From contig CAWISW010000003.1 in NCBI GenBank assembly GCA_963838925.1, positions 128,001-192,000 on the forward strand: DNA of 64,000 nt. The letters run 5' to 3'. The stretch comes from an uncultured Nitrososphaerota archaeon (lineage in GTDB: Archaea > Thermoproteota > Nitrososphaeria > Nitrososphaerales > Gagatemarchaeaceae). This document shows, piece after piece, positions 1-9,202 of this stretch. Position 1 is the first letter of the stretch, and each line of letters starts with the position of its first letter. The notes under the pieces were generated by a model. That model ran no database searches. It saw only the letters and a program-made list of their open reading frames with translations, and was not told the origin of the DNA. The position numbers and the translations under genes were made by a program.

Positions 1-34
1 AGTATAAGCCAGCTAGCGTAGCGGCCGTTCCGGC

Positions 35-1123
35 TCACTTCGTCAGAACGCCCTTGGGCAGCACGGCCATTATGTCAGGGTGCTTGCTCTTAATCGACTG
101 CTCCGAGAGGGGGAAGAGGCCCGACTTCAGCGCCCTCCTCACGTTGTAGCGGATGAACTGCTTGTACCGCGAGTCCCCGATGTATGCGACCACCGCGTCG
201 GTGGCGGTGGCCTCGTCCATGCCCCTCACGGTCGTGAAGTAGGGGGCGAGGATTAGCCAGATGACGCGGTGCCTCCCGTCCGTTATCGGGTTCTCCAGAA
301 GGCGCTTGATGTAGTCGAACTGGTTCTGTTGGCGGGGCGGGGGCCTTGGGATCTGGGGCCTGAACTCCTCGACCAGAGACTGGACGAACTCGGGGACGGG
401 CGCAGACCTCAGCGACCTCATTCCCGAGATCATCAGGCCCTGGACAAGGGCGGCGAAGAGGTCCCTGACGTCGTTGACCGAGAAGTAGACGAGCCCCCCG
501 CTCAGCCGCGTGTTGACGAGCTGCCACCTGGCCTCCCGCGTGAGCTCGTACTCGGTGGTCACCTCGAGGTACTTCTCGAACGGGCAGGTTATCACCGCGG
601 CCCCGCCTCCGCCCCGCTCCGTCCCGGGCTCGACCCCGAGTTCGAGCCCCGCGGCCTCCTTGAGCAGGCCGATCATCTGCTGGGGGGCCTCCTTGACGAA
701 GAAGGTCTTGGCGCGGGCGGCTTCCGTCCTCGCGAGGGCGAGGGTGAGGAAGGGCTCGTTCTTCGACGCGAGCACCGCGACGAAGTAGCTGTAGAACTCT
801 ATCACGTCCTCCGGGTTGTTCGTGTCCCCCGTCCGCCTCTCGTACTGCTCGTAGCCCAGCATGCGCACGTTCTGGACGTCGAAATTGGGGTTCTTCACGG
901 CGAGCGCGAGGCGGTAGCGCGCCTGGTCGAGTATGGGCCTGTTGACCGACTTCACGACCTCGTCGAGCGGGTAGTTGAGGAGGAAGTCCCTCGCGGACCT
1001 GAGGAAGGGGTACTTCACCAGCTTCGGGTCGACGTTCAAGGCGAGCTTCGGTTCCTCTCGGAGAGGAGCCTCAGATAACGCTATGTTTTCTTCCTGGTTT
1101 CGTCCGCCCGGGGATGGGATCAA
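35..1123 (-). CDS. DNA primase non-catalytic subunit: PriL N-terminal domain fused to a PriX-like C-terminal domain (true start probably somewhat downstream of 1123)
   Basis: KYPFL motif, W-x-LVNxxLxxGxVY PriL motif, C-terminal DGRHRVIWLILAPY PriX-like motif; no Fe-S cysteine cluster. Confidence 0.75.
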   Translation of the reverse strand: MIPSPGGRNQEENIALSEAPLREEPKLALNVDPKLVKYPFLRSARDFLLNYPLDEVVKSVNRPILDQARYRLALAVKNPNFDVQNVRMLGYEQYERRTGDTNNPEDVIEFYSYFVAVLASKNEPFLTLALARTEAARAKTFFVKEAPQQMIGLLKEAAGLELGVEPGTERGGGGAAVITCPFEKYLEVTTEYELTREARWQLVNTRLSGGLVYFSVNDVRDLFAALVQGLMISGMRSLRSAPVPEFVQSLVEEFRPQIPRPPPRQQNQFDYIKRLLENPITDGRHRVIWLILAPYFTTVRGMDEATATDAVVAYIGDSRYKQFIRYNVRRALKSGLFPLSEQSIKSKHPDIMAVLPKGVLTK

Positions 1124-1226
1124 GCCTCTGCGCCGATGACAGGTTCGGAGCGCCTATATCCCCCGATGCGCTCGGAGGGGAGGCGACCAGGCGAGGTATA
1201 TAGCGGGCAGGCGGTTCTGCCGTACG

Positions 1227-1379
1227 ATGGCCAGGGGACCGATCAGGTGCGCGGAGTGCAACTGCCACCCGGCGATATGCCTGGCCGCCGAGACGGCGAG
1301 GGATTGCAAGGGGTGCTCGCAGGCGGCGAACTCGTTCGCCGCGGAGTGCTGCTGGCAGGCCGCCCACGGCCTCGCGTGA
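1227..1379 (+). CDS. small Cys-rich protein (50 aa, 8 Cys, 2 His)
   Basis: Read manually: MARGPIRCAECNCHPAICLAAETARDCKGCSQAANSFAAECCWQAAHGLA; TATATA box about 25-30 nt upstream of the ATG. Confidence 0.6.
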   Translation: MARGPIRCAECNCHPAICLAAETARDCKGCSQAANSFAAECCWQAAHGLA

Positions 1380-1430
1380 GCACGGACCCTTGCTAGTGCT
1401 TATATTCGAATCCCGACGCATTGCTGAGCC

Positions 1431-2075
1431 ATGGCGGCGCTTTCCCAGGCCAAGACGCTCGGCGGGGTGGGGTCGATTCTCATCTTCATCCCGTTTGTCA
1501 GCATAATCGGATACGTCCTCCTTGCGGTCGCAGTGAAGGAGGTCTCCGACGACCTCGGGGACCCGAGCATCTTCAGGAACATCCTGATCGCTGTCGGCAC
1601 GGGGATCGTCGGAGCCCTGGCGGGGGCAGGAGTGATCTTCCTCGGAGTGATGGGGTCCGGCTTCACCTTCGGCGCCTCCGCGATCGCGGGGCTGCTGGGA
1701 GGGCTGTTCATAGTCTGGGTGTTCCTCGTAATCTCGGCGGTCTTCCTCAGAAGGGCGTACGACACGATGGGCACGAAGCTGAACGTCGGGACCTTCAAGA
1801 CGGCCGCGACGCTGTATCTGATAGGCGCCGCCCTGACCATAGTCCTCGTCGGGTTCATCCTGCTTTTCGTCGCGGAGATCGTGCAGGCGGTCGCGTTCTT
1901 CTCGATCCCCGACCAGCCTCCGTCGCAGGGCGGGGCGGCCCCCATGGGTCCATCGCCCGCGCCCTCCTCCTCGATGCCGCCCGCCGCCGACTCCTCGAAG
2001 TTCTGCACGAGCTGCGGGACCAAGATATCGCCGACGGCGACGTTCTGCTACAAGTGCGGCTCGAAGCAGCCGTAG
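1431..2075 (+). CDS. DUF996-family membrane protein with C-terminal zinc ribbon
   Basis: AKTLGGVGSIL N-terminus, several TM helices, AFFSIP, C-terminal FCxxCG...FCxxCG. Confidence 0.85.
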   Translation: MAALSQAKTLGGVGSILIFIPFVSIIGYVLLAVAVKEVSDDLGDPSIFRNILIAVGTGIVGALAGAGVIFLGVMGSGFTFGASAIAGLLGGLFIVWVFLVISAVFLRRAYDTMGTKLNVGTFKTAATLYLIGAALTIVLVGFILLFVAEIVQAVAFFSIPDQPPSQGGAAPMGPSPAPSSSMPPAADSSKFCTSCGTKISPTATFCYKCGSKQP

Positions 2076-2084
2076 GTCCGCGGG

Positions 2085-2810
2085 CTAGAGGCTTGCGGCG
2101 GACACGCTGGCGGTCGTGGCCGTCGCCTGGGACTGGACGCTCACCAGGTCGCAGTTCTGGAGGTAGATCTGGTGCCCGACCACCGGCGAATAGACCACTC
2201 CCTCGACCAGGCACTTTGCGAGCACGGTCGCCCCCTGGACGAGCTGGCCCACCTGGGTCTGGGTGCTCCAGACCAGGATGACGGTCCCGGAGTTGACCGA
2301 GGAGAAGTACTGGCCGGTGCTAAAGTCCTGGCTGACACCGAAGTCGAGGCTGTCCTGGATGAAAAGCGTCTTGTTCGTGTACGAGGCGTCGGCCTGGGTC
2401 TGGTTGGACGCGTAAGCGGCGTAGAGCTGCTGGCCCGTGAAGGGGCTGCTCGCCGAGTTCACCGTGGGGCTGCCGCCTGGCCCTATCCCCAGCATCCCCG
2501 ACTCGAAGGTCGTCGCGACGAGGAGGACCGCCAGGATCACGATGACCGCGAGGAGGAGGCTCCTCCTCCCCCTCGACGAGGAGCGCCCGCTCTCCTCGGG
2601 AGAGGGCGGGGGGGGCGGCGGGACTGCGAACCCGCCTTCGTCGGAGGGAGCCGTCACCAGAGGGGGCGACGTGGAGGTCATCCCGGAGTTGAAGTGCGAG
2701 GGGGACATGTCAGACTGCGCGACGGTGAAGTCCATGGACTTGGCCCCGCAGTCGGGGCAGAAGAGGGCGTCCGCGGGGAGCTCCCGGCCGCAGCTCGCGC
2801 AGCTAGTCAA
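2085..2810 (-). CDS. zinc-ribbon, single-TM protein with putative extracellular OB-like domain
   Basis: N-terminal CASCG...FCPDCG, Pro-rich linker, one TM helix, LYAAY..N...AD..Y..K motif. Confidence 0.7.
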   Translation of the reverse strand: MTSCASCGRELPADALFCPDCGAKSMDFTVAQSDMSPSHFNSGMTSTSPPLVTAPSDEGGFAVPPPPPPSPEESGRSSSRGRRSLLLAVIVILAVLLVATTFESGMLGIGPGGSPTVNSASSPFTGQQLYAAYASNQTQADASYTNKTLFIQDSLDFGVSQDFSTGQYFSSVNSGTVILVWSTQTQVGQLVQGATVLAKCLVEGVVYSPVVGHQIYLQNCDLVSVQSQATATTASVSAASL

Positions 2811-2872
2811 GAGGGTCTTCGAGCGCGAGCGTCGATATAAATCGCGTGGAACGACCGTCTATGACCTGTTGC

Positions 2873-3115
2873 CTACTTTGTGTGGGCGGGCTTGAAGACG
2901 AAGCCGTCGAGGATCTGGCGGAGGTCCTTCTTCTCCTTCTGCGACTGCTTGAAGAGCTCGTTCCTCCTGGCCGGAGGCAGCTTGTTCCAGTACTTCGCCA
3001 CCTCGTCCTTAACTTCGAAGACGTAGAAGTCTCCCTGCTTGAACGGGACGTCCCGCCCCTTCTCCACTGTGGGAGCGACGCCGGACTTGTCGTCGCTTAC
3101 CCTAATCGAGGTCAT
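2873..3115 (-). CDS. hypothetical protein
   Basis: 80-aa ORF with host-like codon usage. Confidence 0.6.
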   Translation of the reverse strand: MTSIRVSDDKSGVAPTVEKGRDVPFKQGDFYVFEVKDEVAKYWNKLPPARRNELFKQSQKEKKDLRQILDGFVFKPAHTK

Positions 3116-3312
3116 GTCGCCGTGTCCCCGGAGGCGTCCTCTTTAAGGAATGAGTCGCGGCCGAAGGTGGAGGCGGTCCCGGGGGTCAGGGGAGCCTGTC
3201 CCTGCTGAGGCCGAGCGCGAACAGCAAAAGGCCTGCGCCCAAGACGGGGAGGAAGAGGGGGCTCGGGAAGCCGGAAATTCTTAAATGCAAAGCCAAAACG
3301 CACTCCCGCGCA

Positions 3313-3393
3313 ATGTCAGCCGAAGACGGCGAAACCGACGACGACTTCGAAGACGACTTTGAGGACAACGACGATTCCGACAACGACGAGTGA
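3313..3393 (+). CDS. putative highly acidic micro-protein (26 aa)
   Basis: MSAEDGETDDDFEDDFEDNDDSDNDE; CTTAAAT TATA-like box about 30 nt upstream. Confidence 0.4.
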   Translation: MSAEDGETDDDFEDDFEDNDDSDNDE

Positions 3394-3447
3394 CAGGCCA
3401 GCCTTTATCGCCTGAGGTCAGCCGCGCTGGCACGGCCGTGCCCGTGC

Positions 3448-3759
3448 CTAGCCTGTCCTGCGGGTCAGGTTGAACATGTAGCGGTTTATGCAGTCGACGT
3501 CGCTGTCGATCCTTTCGACTGACATCTTCTTGAACCTCGAGAAGATGTCCTTCAGCGCCTCCTCGTCGAGCTGGTTGACCATCTGAGGGTTGGAGAGGAA
3601 CTGCACCCATCCTATGTTGCTCTGCCTCATGAAGTCTATGCACTGGAGTATCCTGCTGGCCGCGTCGAGCCTGTCCTTGGCCTCGGCGCCCTCAAGCTCC
3701 TTCTTCAGGAGGATAATTGAGTCCCTCACGTCCTGTATGTTGGTGTCCCAATTGCTCAT
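3448..3759 (-). CDS. DUF2153-family protein
   Basis: KDRLD...S.IGW.Q.L.NP pattern; ATG at 3759 preferred over the longer ORF start. Confidence 0.75.
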   Translation of the reverse strand: MSNWDTNIQDVRDSIILLKKELEGAEAKDRLDAASRILQCIDFMRQSNIGWVQFLSNPQMVNQLDEEALKDIFSRFKKMSVERIDSDVDCINRYMFNLTRRTG

Positions 3760-3928
3760 CGGTCTCGAGCTGTTCGGGACCGCGCCCGGCTTTAACGGTT
3801 TCACGCTCGAAGGCCCGGAGGACGGTGGCAGGCGAGCCCTGACGCCCAGCGTCCCGAAACGGGCTTGCAATTATGTATCGGAAATTCATTAAAACTTTAT
3901 ACATCTTTCAACAGTTCGAAGCTCAGAT

Positions 3929-4288
3929 TTGAGCCTCGCGCAGCCCGCAAGCGAAGAGAACGCCTTCAAGGACGTGCGCAGGATGTTCCTCGAGGGAAGG
4001 AGGCTCCTCGTCTCGGGAGGGCTGCTCGCGCTGGCGTTCTGCTTCGCGATAATCCTCATCGTCTACTACGGGACCGGGCACGACCAGAACCTCGGGTTCA
4101 TCGTCGGGGACTACGTGGTCACGCTCGGGATCGCTGTGCCGGGGTTGACCCTCTACCTCCTCCGCCAGTACACCGAGCGGTCGATAAGGAGGGGCAACGC
4201 GAAGGTTTTCAGCAAGACCGCGAAGCTGGGGCTGGTCTCCATCAGTTGGGTCGTCCTGCTCGTAGTCGTCATCCTGCTTGTGGTGTAG
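3929..4288 (+). CDS. small membrane protein (3 TM)
   Basis: Three hydrophobic segments. Confidence 0.65.
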   Translation: MSLAQPASEENAFKDVRRMFLEGRRLLVSGGLLALAFCFAIILIVYYGTGHDQNLGFIVGDYVVTLGIAVPGLTLYLLRQYTERSIRRGNAKVFSKTAKLGLVSISWVVLLVVVILLVV

Positions 4289-4394
4289 CGCGGATTGCCG
4301 TCCACGGCGGCAGTGCGGATTCCAGAACCCGTCCCCCGGGAGCTTCTGGAAACGGCAAAATCGGTCAATAGGAGCCCGGGGCCATGAGACCGCC

Positions 4395-4631
4395 ATGAGC
4401 GAGTACCAAGTCAAGCTCGAGGCGATAGGGGAGTACACCGACGCCCTCCGCTACAAGATGATGAACGAGGAGCTGTGCAACTCGCTCCTTGGCCTGCTGG
4501 GCCAGCTTTCGAACTACTACGAGAAGAACGGGATGGAGCTGCCCACGGAGGTCTCGAGGATAATGCAGAAGGCCTCAGATGTCCTCGACGCGAGGATCGA
4601 CGCCTCTCCGATCGCGGTCACAAACGGCTAG
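4395..4631 (+). CDS. hypothetical protein
   Basis: MSEYQVKLEA... host-like codon usage. Confidence 0.65.
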   Translation: MSEYQVKLEAIGEYTDALRYKMMNEELCNSLLGLLGQLSNYYEKNGMELPTEVSRIMQKASDVLDARIDASPIAVTNG

Positions 4632-4736
4632 CCGCTGCCGCCTTTTCGACGCTTTGCGTTACGGACCTGAAACACTGACTCCGACTTCATAACGCTGTTA
4701 TTAGAAAAACCGGCTCTCAAGCTCGGCGCTAGCTAG

Positions 4737-5444
4737 GTGTCCTCATCGACCAAGACTGACTTGGAGAAGCCGGTGAAGATCGCCGACCTCTTCTCAAAGT
4801 GCTCTCAGCTCGCTGCCCAAGGAGAGAAGGAGTTGGGCAGGGTCGCGAGCACGATGCTACCCGTCCTAGCCTACCTCAACGAGCCCATCGTGCTGCGGCC
4901 CGGCGCGCTCGGGGAGTCCTTCCGGGACGTCAGGACCGCCGCAATCCACTCGGGCGCGCTCGTGGTCACCACCGACTTCCATGGGAGGGTCTGGTCGAAG
5001 CCCCTTTCAAAGTTCAGGACCGCCGACTGCCTTGCGATTCTCAAGGACGCCTTCCCGGAGCTCCAGAGGCTGGTCGCCGACAAGAAGCGCGCGGCCCAGG
5101 TCAAGCCCATGCTCTCGATGCAGGTGGTCCTGGGCGGCCAGCGATTCATCGTCGACATGCGCAGCTACAGGCTCGTCGTCTCCAACTCGGGAGGGGACTG
5201 CAGGGGGCTCCGCTTGTCGATGAAGCTACCCGACGGCAGGACCAAGCCGTATCGCGAGCGCGACCTTGGCCGCGGCATGCGCGTGGAAGTCGACCTCGGG
5301 GTGTTCAAGGAGGTGGACGGGGCGGAGCGCGTCGAGCTCGGAGCGGAGTGCGAGGACGTGGACGGGCGCAAGCTCCTGGGAGGCGAGCCCGTGCCGCTGA
5401 ACGGCACGTCCCTGCAGGAATTCGTCCTGAGCAGGAAGAGCTAG
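4737..5444 (+). CDS. hypothetical protein
   Basis: 235-aa ORF with host-like codon usage. Confidence 0.7.
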   Translation: MSSSTKTDLEKPVKIADLFSKCSQLAAQGEKELGRVASTMLPVLAYLNEPIVLRPGALGESFRDVRTAAIHSGALVVTTDFHGRVWSKPLSKFRTADCLAILKDAFPELQRLVADKKRAAQVKPMLSMQVVLGGQRFIVDMRSYRLVVSNSGGDCRGLRLSMKLPDGRTKPYRERDLGRGMRVEVDLGVFKEVDGAERVELGAECEDVDGRKLLGGEPVPLNGTSLQEFVLSRKS

Positions 5445-7021
5445 ACGATCACGAGCTGCAGGCCGGCCTCCTTCATGAGGCGGACGCCCAGCTGGTCCGG
5501 GTACGCGGAGGACGCGACGACCTTCATGATCCCCGCGTTGATTATCATCTTCGAGCAGTAGGTGCACGGCGAGTGAGTCGAGTAGAGCGTGCAGCCCGAC
5601 GTTGGGATGCCGTTCTTGGCCGCCTGGACGATGGCGTTCTCCTCGGCATGACAACAGTTATGCGAGATGATGTTCGAGACAAGGTAGGTGTTGTCGGCAG
5701 GCGCTTCTAAGTTGTAAACTGGTCCTTCAAAGTGCTCCCTCGTGACTGCTCTGATTGGGAGCATGAAGAAGAGGTGATTCTCTTTCTCGTAGACCCGGAT
5801 GTTGCTGTTCCTGGGGGAGAACCTGACCGTGTACGCTTCGTTGACGTCCACTGCCCTGCCCTGAATCGTGCTCTTGCCTGCGTGGTGGTTGTTGTAGACG
5901 GCGGCGTAGCGGCCCAGCCTCGCGTACGCGAGCTGGACCTGCAAGGCGAGCAACCTCGAGGTCGTGCTAATTTGAAGCTGGTCTGGCTCGGTACTCTTGC
6001 CGCTAGTGCGGGCCCATCCGCCATCGCCTCTTGAGTAACCATCAAGAAATGCTTCCAGGATGCTCAGGTCCTTGTGGTATAGGACAAAATCAGGGATTCT
6101 CTTGTTCGGGGCTAGATGACCGCACCAGGCAGGCAGCGCCCGCGCCAGTACTGTCGAGCAACAGTCGACTACTATGCCTTCCTCTCCTTTCTGTTTCTTT
6201 GTAGTGCTAGGAACGCCGAAGGATTCCAGGATGGTCTTGATCTTCTGAGCGAGTGCTGTCTCCTTAGAGTGAAGTGCGAAGTAGATCCGTCTGCCATTCG
6301 AGTAACCCTCGGCCACGTAGATTCCCAGGAGCCAGGCAGTCAGGCAGTCGAGAGGGAACCGCGTGATCTTGTACTTGAAACCCCGGCTTGAAGCCACTCT
6401 GCTCAGGTCGAGCTCCTTGATGTCAATCGTCCCGGAGATTCGCGGGAGCAGAAGATAGTCGCCTTTCGAGTAGGATGGCCTGTTGTGCCTCTCCTTCAGG
6501 TCTCCGGCGTGCTTCCATTCCGGCCGGAGGTTGGGGCTTCTGCGGTTCGGTCTGTTGTCGGCCGTTATCACGAGCAGCGGGTGATCCGGCGTCAGAGAAA
6601 TGGGAAGCACGCCCTTTGCTTCCACCTTAATCATGTCGCCGTCGTATTGCCTCTCGAAGGTCTCCCCGACCCGGTTCAGCTGGTGCATGCCCACGACGTT
6701 GTCGCCCACAACATATTCTGAAATTGGTTTATTATCGCCCAGGAGAATTGTGTCACCTCTCAGGCAAGCGCAGTTGCCGAGGTCCTGACCTGACTTCAGC
6801 CTGCCCTCCTTGACGGCGAGGCACCTCGCGCAGCCCCCCTCGTCGCAGTGCCTTGTCCCCGCCGGGGTGCCGTTGTACCCGGTAGAGATGATCTGCCTGC
6901 CGCTGACCAGGACGGCGCCCTTCGCCGAGGAGAGGCAGGTAGATCGGGTCTTCACAACGTTCGCGACCTGCATGAAGTACTCGTCCCAAGAGGGCCGCTG
7001 CGACTTGCGCTTCCTGTCCAA
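5441..7021 (-). CDS. dCMP deaminase (ComEB family) interrupted by an intein
   Basis: RPSWDEYFM, RSTC, STGYNG, HAEENAI and PCxxC motifs; 370-aa insertion just before CCHAE. Confidence 0.92.
   Translation of the reverse strand: MDRKRKSQRPSWDEYFMQVANVVKTRSTCLSSAKGAVLVSGRQIISTGYNGTPAGTRHCDEGGCARCLAVKEGRLKSGQDLGNCACLRGDTILLGDNKPISEYVVGDNVVGMHQLNRVGETFERQYDGDMIKVEAKGVLPISLTPDHPLLVITADNRPNRRSPNLRPEWKHAGDLKERHNRPSYSKGDYLLLPRISGTIDIKELDLSRVASSRGFKYKITRFPLDCLTAWLLGIYVAEGYSNGRRIYFALHSKETALAQKIKTILESFGVPSTTKKQKGEEGIVVDCCSTVLARALPAWCGHLAPNKRIPDFVLYHKDLSILEAFLDGYSRGDGGWARTSGKSTEPDQLQISTTSRLLALQVQLAYARLGRYAAVYNNHHAGKSTIQGRAVDVNEAYTVRFSPRNSNIRVYEKENHLFFMLPIRAVTREHFEGPVYNLEAPADNTYLVSNIISHNCCHAEENAIVQAAKNGIPTSGCTLYSTHSPCTYCSKMIINAGIMKVVASSAYPDQLGVRLMKEAGLQLVIV
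5657..6766 (-). mobile_element. intein with LAGLIDADG homing endonuclease (370 aa)
   Basis: Starts CLRGDT; block B LTPDHPL; AWLLGIYVAEG and AFLDGYSRGDG LAGLIDADG-like motifs; VYNLE...SHN|C C-terminal junction; more AT-rich than the exteins. Confidence 0.92.
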
Positions 7022-7075
7022 AAGTAGCTTCTCGTCAGGATGGGGGCGGGTCCTAAGAAAAGTCTTTGGTGTGTC

Positions 7076-7204
7076 TCATGGGCTGTAGGGACAGTCTGGT
7101 GGGAAGCAAATCTTCTCTGGAGGGGCTAGTATCCAAATCACCGCTATCACGACAATCAATGCCGCCACGACGGCAACAATGGCGAGCTTCTCCTGTCTCT
7201 CCAT
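7076..7204 (-). CDS. small single-TM protein (42 aa)
   Basis: Read manually: MERQEKLAIVAVVAALIVVIAVIWILAPPEKICFPPDCPYSP. Confidence 0.55.
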   Translation of the reverse strand: MERQEKLAIVAVVAALIVVIAVIWILAPPEKICFPPDCPYSP

Positions 7205-7313
7205 TCGCAGAAGAGAATCGAGTTGCTTGGCTTAAGGATTTCTTAGATTATTTTATCGCCGGGTTCGACTCAACTTTATCAGTGGGACAATATTCGGACT
7301 GTGCGCAGCCCCC

Positions 7314-8378
7314 TTGAGCGCGAAAGCCCGCCGCAGTCCGAGACTCCCGATCAAGGTAAACAGGAAGACGCCTCCCCCTGCCCTCCAGCCTTTCACCGAC
7401 TACTTCAAGGGGTTCGAGAAGGTCGGGGCCGTGAGGAAGGTCTTCGGCGACGAGACCGAGGCGGTCCTCAAGCGGCTGAAGATAGGGTTCATCTCAAACA
7501 GGAGGATGTACATGGGGATCAGGGACGACGACGGGAACATCGCGGTGGGGACATACCACCTGAGGCACAGCACCGACCGGGTACTCTACCTCGACATAGT
7601 CCACGAGCTCTTCCACATCAAGCAGTGGATGAACGACAAGGAGTGGTTCACGAGGGAGCACGAGAAGTTCATGGGGAACTTCGAGCTCTACTACTCGAGC
7701 CCGCTCGAGCTCCCCGCCTACGCCCACACGGTGAGGGAGGCGGAGAGGCTCGGGATGTCGAGGAAGGAGATAGCCAAGTACCTCGAGATGATGCCCGTCT
7801 CGCAGAAGATCTGGAACCGCTTCCTCAAGGAGATGGCGATCAAGCCGCTCGAGGGGCCGAGGGCCAAGAGCGGGGAGAAGCTCCCCGTCAGGATCAACCG
7901 CGAGCCCAAGCTCGTCCTGCACCCGTTCACCGACTACTTCAAGGGGTTCGAAGACGCGCCGGCGGTGCAGGCCCTCTACGGCAAGGGGGCCAAGAATGCC
8001 TTGGGCGCGCTGAGGGTCGAGTTCCTGGAGAGCTTCTTCGGCTCGGTGTTCCCGAGCGAGGAGGACGGCCACCTGGTGGTCAACAACAGCTACATCAAGA
8101 AGGCCGACCTCGAGTCGATATACCTGGACGTCATCCTTTCGCTGAACTTCCTCCGGCGCGCCGCCGAGGCGGGCCCAGGGGCGTTCGGGTCGATGGAGGC
8201 CGAGTTCGGAGACAGCCCCGTGGTCATGGAGTCGTACAAGGCGATGGTGAAGGAGGCAAGGAGGATTGGGACCCCCGACGCGAAGATCATGGGGCGCCTT
8301 GAGCTCCCCGAGTTCATGATGAGCGACTCGGCGTTCAAGGAGTTCGTAGGGGCCCTTGGGCTGAGGCCCGCCGAATGA
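7314..8378 (+). CDS. internally duplicated protein; first repeat carries a HExxH zincin-like motif
   Basis: LP(I/V)(K/R)(V/I)NR...PFTDYFKGFE occurs twice; VHELFH only in repeat 1. Confidence 0.75.
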   Translation: MSAKARRSPRLPIKVNRKTPPPALQPFTDYFKGFEKVGAVRKVFGDETEAVLKRLKIGFISNRRMYMGIRDDDGNIAVGTYHLRHSTDRVLYLDIVHELFHIKQWMNDKEWFTREHEKFMGNFELYYSSPLELPAYAHTVREAERLGMSRKEIAKYLEMMPVSQKIWNRFLKEMAIKPLEGPRAKSGEKLPVRINREPKLVLHPFTDYFKGFEDAPAVQALYGKGAKNALGALRVEFLESFFGSVFPSEEDGHLVVNNSYIKKADLESIYLDVILSLNFLRRAAEAGPGAFGSMEAEFGDSPVVMESYKAMVKEARRIGTPDAKIMGRLELPEFMMSDSAFKEFVGALGLRPAE

Positions 8379-8402
8379 TGCCAGCCCTATACTTTTCTCT
8401 GA

Positions 8403-9044
8403 CTACCCGGAGACGGGGACGGGAATCTCGACAGGCCGCCCCTCGTCCTTCTTCACGAGCATCGAGAGTGCGGTCGTGAGCTCCTCCCTCTCCTTCCTGT
8501 TCCTGGCCTTCATGGCGGCGCAGCGCTCGTTGACCACCCCGTAGGACGCCTCGCTGATCTCCCCTGACATGAACTGGATGTTGACGTTGACGAGGAACCT
8601 TGAGACGGCCTCGTCCTGCTGGTCGACCTCCTCCGCCCTGCCCTTCAGCTCCTGCAGGAGCTTCTCCGTCGACTCCTCCGTCTTCGAGACCCTCGCCTCG
8701 TACTGGGCTCTGAGCTGCTCGTACTGAGCGGCTGGGGCGGCACCGTCTTCCTTCGACTGCCTCTCCAGCTCGCGGAGGGCCGAGATCCTCTTGCGAAGGA
8801 CGGCCGTCTCTCCGGTAATCCTGGCGACGTCGGCCTTCCACATTGGGAGGACCACGAGCGCCTGCTCGTGGAGGATGAGCCTGCTCGACTTTACCTCAGC
8901 GAAGGAGCCGCTGCCCCGGTCCAGGCCCACGGACTCTACGTCGCCGTTGGTCTTCAGGGAGAAGCCGACCACGACACCGACGCTCCTCCCGTAGAGGTCC
9001 TCCACTGGCTTTCCCAGGAACCCGACAGCCTCGCTAGATTGCAT
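8403..9044 (-). CDS. cdvA: CdvA-like cell division protein (PRC barrel + coiled coil)
   Basis: FLGKPVEDLYGR.VG.VVG PRC-barrel motif, long coiled coil, SGEISE..Y motif. Confidence 0.75.
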   Translation of the reverse strand: MQSSEAVGFLGKPVEDLYGRSVGVVVGFSLKTNGDVESVGLDRGSGSFAEVKSSRLILHEQALVVLPMWKADVARITGETAVLRKRISALRELERQSKEDGAAPAAQYEQLRAQYEARVSKTEESTEKLLQELKGRAEEVDQQDEAVSRFLVNVNIQFMSGEISEASYGVVNERCAAMKARNRKEREELTTALSMLVKKDEGRPVEIPVPVSG

Positions 9045-9202
9045 GCCAAGGCCGGATGGCCGCGGGCGTTCTTTATCGGCGGGGTGAAAACCAGTTCCTC
9101 AACCTGTCAACTATCTTGGAAGTCGCTCTCCTGGTCGCGCCGGGATGGATTTCCAGTCGATATTCGGGGTTCGCAACCGCTTATTACTTCGGCGAGGCCG
9201 AT

